Shown piece by piece: positions 1 to 9,760 of a stretch of DNA of 64,000 nucleotides. The notes under the pieces were generated by a model. It searched no databases, was not told where the DNA came from, and was given only the letters and a program-made list of their open reading frames with translations. Each line of letters opens with the position of its first letter. The first letter of the stretch is position 1. The translations under genes were made by a program, and so were the position numbers. The stretch is from Nymphaea colorata (Eukaryota), in NCBI RefSeq assembly GCF_008831285.2, contig NC_045138.2, forward strand, positions 34,100,001-34,164,000. Direction: 5' to 3'.

Positions 1-459
1 ATTTTCTTAAATGAAGCACAACTTAGGAAAATTTAGATACGGATAATAGAACTTTGGGCAATACAGCTGGTACTGCTAAATATTAGGCAATATTTGATGT
101 CAACACTAATATTAAAACCTAAAATTACCATCCTTGTTATCGACACATTGAAACTTGAGTGTTTTAACTTGTATGTGTACTGTTGCCTAAAATATTATTT
201 GTGGTATCTTTTCTTCTCAGATGTATTTTTTTCTTTAAATTTGATTGTTGAAGGACGAGTTTCAGTGTCCTACTGAGCTTGCTAAGGGTGATCTCAAGTT
301 TTTTCAATCCCAGGCTTGCAAATGTATGGCAGATGGTGAAGGCGCTCCTTCACTTGGTTTTCTTAAAAGAATTTTATGTTACATGTATGGTTCATCATTT
401 CTACTTGATTTTTTTGTGATTTTAGTTATATACCTTTTTGCTATCAGGTTGATTTAAGC

Positions 460-980
460 AAAAAGAATGCCGGAATAAACGTAACGTGTAAGTCCCACAA
501 AGAAGATCCGTGCCTGGAATCCCTAGGCTTGGGTTTCCATCAATGCTAATGTCCATTCTATTGCTGCAAATTGTGGGAAATGAGCTTGGCCATGCTTCAC
601 GATAAATCCTTGATGCGATCCCGAATAGCACTTCTAGTTGTCAATAGAAAAACAGTCACATGATGTGTTTGCCCTGTGTGATGTGCTCTATCAATAGCTT
701 GATCTTCAATCGTTGGGTTCAACTATAGGTCCAACAAGGCAATATGAACCATGTTCACACCATTCACACCTGTTCAGAAAATGGCTTCTCGAATATGTAA
801 ATATATGGTCATTAAGCGACAGTAAAATTATATGAACATTCCAGTTATACAACAGGCAAAAGTCATTTCCATTCAAGTCTTCCTTTGTAATTCATAGATG
901 AGTTCTTCAACGAAAAGTTGGCGTTTCTTGATATAAAGCAATTGCTGTTGGTCATACACAAGAAAAACCGGCTTCTGAAA
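460..980 (-). pseudogene. Decayed 3' fragment of SNF2-RING helicase (RAD5/16 family, CHR27/CHR28/EDA16-like), copy 1
   Basis: Minus strand 761-612 translates [49 protein letters not shown], matching the recalled family consensus [53 protein letters not shown]. Upstream ~915-860 gives SLKNSSMNY..RL..G.MT (consensus SLxxSxIQYRRLDGTMS). An AG acceptor lies at 771-770. Stops and frameshifts are present; outer boundaries are approximate. Confidence 0.85.
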
Positions 981-3038
981 TAAAATATTAATTTTTCCTC
1001 CCATGGCGGAAGAGGTCTGCGCTAATTATCAATGCAAGCAAATGATCCTTCTAGTCCTCTGACTTTGACCCCCAATCCACCACCGCCAACACTTTCCGTA
1101 AATTGAATATCTCTGAAACGAATTGAAAACGAAGGAAACTTCCACAGGCAAGAGTGACAAAAAATATGAAGTCGATTACTCAGTGACCAGACTATAATGA
1201 TGTTAATAATCTCAGCGGCAATAATCATGTCAAGCTGGAAACTTGGAACTGCTTGAGAGAAAACAGGCACGATTGTTTTGGTTTCATCTCTTGAAATTTT
1301 GATTATTCTATCTGTATCAGTTTCCTTACTCCTTGTTTCTTGGTAGTACGATCATCAATTAGTGGAGGAACAAGAAGAATCGGCAATGGCACACGCACAC
1401 ACACAGAGGGAGACAATATGCGCCTTACCTCAGTCGAACAAACCTGAAGAAGAATCGAGGAGGGAAGGAAGGAAGGAAGCTTCCTTGCGGAGAAAAAAAG
1501 TGGGGAGGCTTCTGCAGCCTCCAGAATTCTTCTTCTAGGGGAGGGGAAGCAGTTGGGTGGGTATTGATCTCCTGCTATTATTCCAGATTCTCATTCTTCC
1601 ATGGTGTCGGCGGCAGACCAAAGACCCTTGCACTGAAATGCATGAAAATCTTTCCCCTCATCCTCTCTCCGTTTCGCTCTGTCTCTCTGCATCCCCACAT
1701 ATAAATGGATCGAATCAGACAGGTAGACAATTGACAATCACAGTTATCCAATTGAACTATTGACTTTAGTGAATGAAAATGTACATGACCATATTTAATT
1801 GAAAAGGATGCATTAGCAGGGCATATTTTTTATGAACATATGAATTGCACAGTTGGGGTCATATCTCTGCAGTTTATATATGTCATTTCCAGTTCTACTG
1901 CTGATCAAACATTAGGAATCGTCGTATTATATTTTTTCTAAACCAAACATTATTTTCTTTAAACATGTATTATGAAAATATGTATTCCAAAAACATAAAG
2001 TCACGAGGGCAACCTGTACAACAAGAAGTAGCGCATGTAAATGGGCACAGGACAGTCATTGTGGAAACGTGACAGGAATTCCAAAAAGTGGGGTTGGATA
2101 AAATTTCCATAGGTTTTGGTTGTTTTCGAAAATATCGGTAAATATTTGAAAAAAAATGCTTAAAAATTTATTAACGGACAAGATTTGTGAGAATAAGTCG
2201 AGACGTATCTGACATCGCATATCATAGACAATCACAGTCAATAGTTCAATTGGATAACTGTGATTGTCAATTGTCTACCTGTCTCATTCGATCCATTTAT
2301 ATGTGGGGATGCAGAGAGAGAGCGAAACGGGGGAGAGGATGAGGGGAAAGATTTTCATGCATTTGGTCTTTGGTCTGCCGCCGACACCATGGAAGAATGA
2401 GAATCTGGAATAATAGCAGGAGATCAATACCCACTCAACTGCTTCCCCTCCCCTAGAAGAAGAATTCTGGAGGCTGCAGAAGCCTCCCCACTTTGTTTCT
2501 CCGCAAGGAAGCTTCCTTCCCTCCTCGATTCTTCTTCAGGTTTGTTCGACTGAGGTAAGGCGCATATTGTCTCCCTCTGTGTGTGTGCGTGTGCCATTGC
2601 CGATTCTTCTTGTTCCTCCACTAATTGATGATCGTACTACCAAGAAACAAGGAGTAAGGAAACAGATACAGATGGAATAATCAAAATTTCAAGGGATGAA
2701 ACCAAAACAATCATAGCTGTTTTCTCTCAAGCATTTCCAAGTTTCCAACTTGACATGATTATTGCCGCTGAGATTATTAACATCATTATAGTCTGGTCAC
2801 TGAGTAATTGATTTTTGTAACTCTTGCCTGTGGAAGTTTCCTTCGTTTTCAATTCGCTTCAAAGATATCCAATTTACGGAAATGGTAAAGGTGAATTGGG
2901 TGTCAAAGTCAGAGGATCAGAAGGATCATTTGCTTGCACTGATAATTAGCGCAGACCTCTTCCGCCATGGGAGGATAAATTAATATTTTATTTCAGAAGC
3001 CGGTTTTTCTTGTGTATGACCAACAGAAATTGCTTTAT
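933..3038. repeat. Long inverted repeat: arms 933-1765 and 2236-3038, loop ~470 bp
   Basis: ataaagcaattgctgttggtcatacacaag at 933 is mirrored by cttgtgtatgaccaacagaaattgctttat ending 3038. aactattgact ending 1765 is mirrored by agtcaatagtt starting 2236. The arms are colinear throughout with small indels. Confidence 0.95.
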
Positions 3039-4184
3039 GCGTGTGTGTGCGTAAACATGTTTTCTAGGTGTATTTATATAACATAAATATTAGGGCCATG
3101 TCCATATGTGTATAGAGTCATAATAATCATATTTGTGTGTCTTGATTCCCACATTGCATCCTCTTATCTGGGATATGAAAATTTAATGTCAAATTCATCA
3201 TAACATATGGTTTCTCAGAAACAATGAGCAACTAAGAGTTCATGGAAGCATGATTCATCTAGATTCAGGCCAATTAAGGTAACTTAGTCATGTATTCAGG
3301 CTATTTTGGTAATTTTATAAAAAGGGTGTCCTTTATAGTTTTTTTTTATTTTTCATTTTTATTTTTATCTTTATAGAAAGTTTTTTTTTTTTTAAATAAG
3401 AACTGGAAGCATTTTTTTATTTACTATATGAACGCACAAAATCGCATGCACCAATATGACACATATAACCAAGTTGACATACATATAACTCTCAAATTTT
3501 AGTTTTAACATGTTACATCCAAGTTTTCAAACAATGATAGATGAAGGTTTTTAACTTTTTTCAGCAGCTCTACTCTGTGAAATATAACACCAGTTTAAAT
3601 TCGGAAAATTTGCATACAGAGTGTTGGACGTTGGAATGTACAGTTGTTATTAGTGCCTAATTTAGGTGGCATTTAAAGCCGGCATTAACATTAAAACCTA
3701 AACTTTCCATCTTAAAAAAAAAGCCTGTGTAAGTTAGGAAAACTTCGATGCCAATGCTCTAACTTTGTGTCGGACAGCTGTTAGTGCTAAATATTAGACA
3801 ACATTTGATGCCAATAATAATATTAAACCTAAAATTGCCATCCTTGTTATCGACACATTGAAAAATAAGCTTTTTTGCTTTTACATCTACTGTTGCCTAA
3901 AATATTAGTTGCCGTATCTTTTCTGATCAGATATATATATTTTTCTTTAAATTCGATTGTTGAAGGACAAATCTCAGTGTCCCTACTGAGCTGTGCAAAG
4001 AGTGACCTCAAGTTTTTTCAGTCCGAGGCTTGCGAATGTATGGCAGATGGTGAAGGCACTCCTTCACTTGGTTTTCTTAAAGGAATTTTATGTTATATGT
4101 ATGGTTGATCATTTCTACTTGATTTTTTTGTGATTTTAATTATATACTATTTTGCTATTAGATTGATTTGAGTATAAAGAATGC

Positions 4185-4672
4185 CGGCATAAACCTAACG
4201 TATAGTAGTCCCACAGAGAAGATCCGTGCCTGGAATCCCTTGGCTCGGGTTTCCATCAATTCTCATGTGCATTCTATTGGCGTAAATTGTGGGAAATGAG
4301 CCTGGCCATGCTTCATGATAAATCCTTGATGCGATCCCCGATAGCACTTCTAATTGTCAATAGAAAAACAGTCACATGATGTGTTTACCCTGTGTGATGT
4401 GCTCTATCAATAGCTTGATCTTCAATCATTGGGTTCGACCATAGGTCCAACGAGGCAATATGAACCATGTTCACACCTGTTCAGAGAATGGTTCCTCGAA
4501 TATGTACATATATGGTTATTAAGTGAGTAAAATTATATGAACATTTTAGTTATACAACGGGCATCAGGCCTCTTGAAGGGTCTCGAATTCTCTGATCTCT
4601 AGCAGCTAAAGTCACTTCCATTCAAGTCTTCCTTTGCAATTCATAGATGAGTTCTTTAATGAAATTTCTAGC
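4185..4672 (-). pseudogene. SNF2-RING helicase 3' fragment, copy 2
   Basis: 4474-4328 translates [48 protein letters not shown]. From 4671: LEISLKNSSMNC, then frameshifted RL..TLAARDQ..EFETL. Confidence 0.87.
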
Positions 4673-4712
4673 GTGACCCAATTTTTATTTCTAGCATGAC
4701 ATATGTGTGGTG

Positions 4713-4965
4713 CTAAAAATTTCATTGAAGAGCTCAATCGTGAACCGGAAAGACCATGAATTGGAAAGAATTGATCGGTAGAGATTTTGACACCCTTGCA
4801 GAGGTCTGATGCTTGTTATATGGCCAAAAATCATACTGTCTTGATGGATCTTTGGTGGAATGAAGATCAAGCCATTGAGCGAGCACATCGGTGCACCCAC
4901 ATCATTTGACTGTTTCTCGATTGACCCTTAAAAGTGTTATTGACGATTACGTATTAGATCCGCAG
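4713..4965 (+). pseudogene. SNF2-RING helicase 3' fragment, copy 3 (opposite strand, second sequence subtype)
   Basis: LKISLKSS (4713), DFDTLAE|gt (4783-4803), HTVLMDLWWNEDQAIERAHR (from 4832, PTT deleted), then after a frameshift LTVSRLTLKSVIDDYVLDPQ|gtatg ending 4965. Confidence 0.85.
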
Positions 4966-6970
4966 GTATGTCTACTATCATAGAATTTTACTATGCCTGC
5001 TGGGTGGTGACCTTCCTAATTCTCATCGTATCAGGAACACAATGAAAAAATTCTTCTCCTAATTCATTACCAATGCTGACACACTAAATACAAGGATTTA
5101 CGTAGAAATATGGCCAAGTGATGCAACCTTGGATAGACTGTTGCCCACCACGAAGGGAGAGGTTGTGAGGTCCGTATGAGAAGTTGAGATGCCTATTAGT
5201 CTACAAATTTTTCCCTAGCTTTGGTTCCTCTCCGCTTTGGAAAAAAATCCTGTGAGATGTGATCTTATGTGGATCGGTCCCCAGAAGACTGACTTCTGTC
5301 AAACCCGTCTCCTTTGGTTCCTACCTGCAAATTTTTTTCAAAAGAAAGTCGATTGGACCAGATTTTCCTTTGAAACCAGATGTGTGGCTCGAATATGTGG
5401 GTTAACTTGCATAAAACTCAATTAACCTGTAAAAAACAGACACGCTAGCAGGTTGCTCAAAAATGTGAGTTAACTCGATTTTCAAAAGAAAATCAGATTT
5501 GTGTATGTCTTCCTTCTCTATAAAACTCAATTAAAATGAAAAAATGTCACTTGTGATTTTCGCAACTAATTTTATGACTTTTTCAATTCCGAGGCAATGT
5601 ATTTTAAATTTCATTCTTATTGTTCCATGCGTGCTTTTATGTGTAAAATCTTTGTTTGGAGTTGCTTAACCGGTCAATAACGTTCACTTACAAAAGCTCA
5701 GCTAAGCATTGAATGAACATGACATTTGCGTCAAATTACAGATGTAGACAACCCACATCTCTCTCGATCTCAGCACGTAGGCGACGCCCTGAACCCTCAC
5801 CGTTCTCTTCTCTCGATGAAGGAAAAAACTTGTGGGAGTAGACAGTTTCGGAAGATTCCACTTACGTAAAGGAATGAGTTTGATGATAGAAAAGCCGATC
5901 ATCCGAAATGGTTGGAGTAGCTCGCGAAGGTTTATCCAAGTCCTGGCAATCCGATCGCCTATCTCAAACTTCTCGAGGTTCAGGAACGGCTACTTAAATC
6001 AGCGATGGTTGACGACCTCAACATCGACGATTCAGCTTCGAATTACAAATTTCATGGACGAACCCTTCCTAGATCATATTTTATTATTATTATTATTATT
6101 ATTATCTTGGGTTTTCGAGAGCATCCTCGGAAAGCCGGCCCGGTGATGTATATGATCATCTGCAGATCCAAGCAAACGCATGATCACGACGAGTGGACGA
6201 CACTCAGGGTAATGGACGTCTAGATTTAACAAGTGCGTTTTTTAAAGAAAACATCGTTTCGTCGGCATAATAGTGAGAGACAGAGAACTTGTATAATTGA
6301 GTGTGATTATAGAAGCCAGGACTGAGTGTTACATAATTGCAATCATATGACGCTCATTCCTTGCTTCTATATAGTAGTCTCAGAGACTGCAAATTTCAAG
6401 CAGTGATTGGAAATGTATAATAAATTGTCGTTATGCTATAAACTACCGTTAATACCATTGTGTCGTACTAAAATGTTCATATGCGGTTTAAAAAAATTAG
6501 GGGCTTGGTTTTTGTCCCCCAGGTAGGTTTATCAAACAGCCGCCCGATTGATGGAAAAAGTTAAGAGTGGACAGATAAATCACAAATGTACCGCTGTAAA
6601 CCCAAAGTACTTTCCAGAAGAAGTAAAAACAAATCATGTCATATTTGGCATCAAACAGATTTTAGTGATCGTCATGCTTTTGTATACAAGCCATCTTAGG
6701 CAGCCGACTACCATGAACATTAGCATTAACACACGGATAAATAATTATACACATGAAGTACTGGTGCAGCTTGTTGTTCTGATGCCCAAACCTCGACCTA
6801 ATTTATCGGGAATCACATGTTCAACCACTCCCAAAAACACTCAAACTCAGAAATTGATTCTCACCCCAGAAAAGCGAAAGCTGCAAAATGGGGAAATGGG
6901 AAGGACTGAGTCACTGAAATATTAAAGAGAGCCAAAAGAACTGACAATTAGATCAGAAAGAGAGAGAGAG

Positions 6971-7271
6971 CCGATAAAAGGAGAATATATAACAAAATTT
7001 GGGGACAAAAGGTCTCCTAGATACATCCGCAGAAAACAAACCGCAAAAACAGAATCAGGAAGAGAAAATATACAATACAATACACAGAAAAATAAGAGAG
7101 AGAGGAAAGACGGCGCGGCACTGTCACCCAGTCGCAGACGGACAGCGGTGCTTCAACCGAATGGCAAACTGGACATCCCCTTGTACAAGACGAGCCACAG
7201 AATCTGACGAAGAGAAGGTGTCCCTAAAGACTCTGTTGTTGCGCTCCTCCCAAATGCGCCACCAAGCTGAA
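6971..7271 (-). mobile_element. 5'-truncated L1-type LINE fragment (ORF2 C-terminus plus 3' UTR) with 19-bp target-site duplication
   Basis: Minus strand 7270-7124 encodes SAWWRIWEERNNRVFRDTFSSSDSVARLVQGDVQFAIRLKHRCPSATG*, containing the plant L1 ORF2 WxIWxERNxRxF motif. Flanked by atcagaaagagagagagag (6952-6970) and atcagaaagggagagagag (7272-7290). Confidence 0.8.
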
Positions 7272-7281
7272 ATCAGAAAGG

Positions 7282-7313
<32 letters not shown>

Positions 7314-7499
7314 AATATCGGTCTTATTTTTCTTTTCCCGTGTTGAATAAAAATTTAGAAGCAACTACGGTACAAAAAATGTCACATAAAAATTGTCCAA
7401 AATAAATAAACCATCATCAAAAATGATAAATGATAATACACAGTTTTCATTTCCTGATCTCTAGTTTGAAAATTGAGTATGAATCAAACCTCGACCAGC

Positions 7500-7950
7500 C
7501 ATGCAATGAACACGAAGATCAGCTACCAGTTATTTAACAACTGTAATCTTAATAAACAATATAACATCAATTGCCAAAATAACATTTCTTAATAAAAAAA
7601 AAGCATTACAATGTAAAGAAACAGAAACAGAACAAAACCCGGCGGAGTTATTATCCCTGATAAGTTGATCAAGCTACAGTTCAGCCGCAGTCAGACAATT
7701 ATAAACATGAACTTTTCTGATGTTGATTCGATATAATTGTACTAAATTCCAGTGCTTTGCATCAATAGAAAATCATTGACCGACGTGACATAATAGGTAC
7801 ATAGACGCCATTTCATATATGTTTATCATAATTAATATCACTGCAACGATATTGTTAAGGACGACCTTTACTGACGTTGCCTGCGTTTCGTCAATGGAAA
7901 CCTAAGGCGCATTCAACCTTTACTTGCCATCACCTCATTTTTCTCATACA
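7500..7950. repeat. Direct-repeat block duplicated at ~13497-13905
   Basis: atgcaatgaa..gaagatca.ctaccagttattt through ggaaacctaaggcgcattca occurs at both places, each preceding a pseudogene-bearing block. Confidence 0.85.
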
Positions 7951-8779
7951 TATGAGATACGGAGTAAGATTGATTGGATAGGATATTTTGGTAATTTTTT
8001 TTTAAAAGGAATGAACTGAGAGCATTTTCTTTTCATTAGCTATACAGGCACACAAAATTTCATGCACGAATATGGTGCATATAACCAGGTTCTCAACATA
8101 TAACTCTCAAATTTTAGTTTTAACATTTTACATGCAAGTGTTCAAACAATGATAGATGAGGGGCTTTTCAGCAACTCTACTCTTTAACACAAGTTTAAAT
8201 TCGGAAAATTTGCATACACAGTATTGGACATTGGAATGTACGGTTGTTATTAGTGCTTAATTTAGGTGGCATTTAGTGCCCGTATTAACATTAAAACCTA
8301 AACTTTCCATCTTAAAAAAAAAGCCTGTGTAAGTTAGGAAAACTTAGATGCAAATACTCTCACTTTGGGTCGTAGAGTTGTTAGTGCTTAATATTAGACA
8401 ACATTTGATAACAATAATATTATTGAAACCTAAAATTACCATCCTTGTTATCAACACATTGAAACATGAGCTTTTTTACTTCTACGTCTTCTGTTGCCTA
8501 AAATATTATTTGCGACATCTTTTCTGATCAGACATTTTTTTCTTTAAATTTGATTGTTGAAGAACAAACCTCAGTGTCCCTACTGAGCTTTGCAAAGGGT
8601 GACCTCAAGTTTTTTCAGTCCCAGGCTTGCAAATGTATGGCAGATGGTGAAGGCGCTCCTTCACTTGGTTTTCTTAAAATAATTTTATGTTATACGTATG
8701 GTTCGTCATTTTTATTTGATTTTTTTGTGATTTTAATTATATACTTTTTTGCTATTAGATTGAACTGAGTATAAATAAT

Positions 8780-9760
8780 GCCGGCATAAACGTAGCGTGT
8801 AAGTCCCACAGAGAAGATCCGTGCTTGGAATCCCTTGGCTCGGCTTTCCATCAATTCCCATGTCCATTCTATTCGCAAAAATTGTGGGAAATAAGCTTCA
8901 TGATAAATCATTGACGTGATCCCAAATAGCACTTCTAATAGTCGATCGAAAAATAAATAGTAACATGATGTGTTTGCCCTGTGTGACGTGTTCTATTCAG
9001 TAGCTTGATCTTCAATCATTGGGTCCAACAAGGCAATATGAACCATGTTCACACCATTCACACCTGTTCAGAAAATGGCTTCTCGAATATGTAGATATAT
9101 GGTGATAAAGTGACAGTAAAATTATATGAACATTTTAGTTATACAACATGCATCAGACCTCTACAAGGGTCTCGAATTCTCTGATTTCTAGCAGCTAAAG
9201 TCCTTTCCATTCAACTGATCTCTAGCAGCTAAAGTCCTTTCAATTCAACTGATCTCTAGCAGCTAAAGTCCTTTCCATCCAACTGATCTCTAGCAGCTAA
9301 AGTCCTTTCCATCCAACTGATCTCTAGCAGCTAAAGTCCTTTCCATTCAACTGATCTCTAGCAGCTAAAGTCCTTTCCATTCAACTGATCTCTAGCAGCT
9401 AAAGTCCTTTCCATTCAACTGATCTCTAGCAGCTAAAGTCCTTTCCATCCAACTGATCTCTAGCAGCTAAAGTCCTTTCCATTCAATTGATCTCTAGCAG
9501 CTAAAGTCCTTTCCATTCAACTGATCTCTAGCAGCTAAAGTCCTTTCGATTCAACTGATCTCTAGCAGCTAAAGTCCTTTCCATCCAACTGATCTCTAGC
9601 AGCTAAAGTCCTTTCCATTCAACTGATCTCTAGCAGCTAAAGTCCTTTCCATTCAAGTCTTCCTTTGTAATTCATAGATGAGTTCTTCAATGAAAAGTTT
9701 ACATTTCTTGATATAAAGCAATTTCTGTTGGTCATACACAAGAAAAACCGGCTTCTGAAA
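8780..9760 (-). pseudogene. SNF2-RING helicase 3' fragment, copy 4 (interrupted by minisatellite expansion)
   Basis: Same block as copies 1 and 2. FSLKNSSMNY near 9695-9665; TLAARDQ..EFETLVE|gt with donor at 9158; a 95-bp intron 9158-9064 with AG acceptor; then [18 protein letters not shown] and downstream remnants. Confidence 0.8.
9181..9656. repeat. Minisatellite, 14 head-to-tail copies of a 34-bp unit CTGATCTCTAGCAGCTAAAGTCCTTTCCATTCAA
   Basis: 476 bp = 14 x 34. Units differ by 0-1 substitutions and have no spacers. A single unit is present at homologous positions ~4592-4625 and ~15315-15350. Confidence 0.97.

Noticed and set aside
245..457. Recurrent small ORF family (..DLKFFQSQACKCMADGEGAPSLG.., also 3875, 8550)
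   Set aside because: Recurrence reflects DNA duplication. Starts, frames and stops differ between copies, and the copy at ~14570 has an in-frame stop.
5085..6950. Short ORFs in the unique spacer between duplicated units
   Set aside because: No recognisable motifs or consistent exon structure.
9181..9656. CRISPR-like array (34-bp repeats)
   Set aside because: Units are contiguous with no spacers, there are no cas genes, the context is eukaryotic, and the unit derives from a pseudo-exon.
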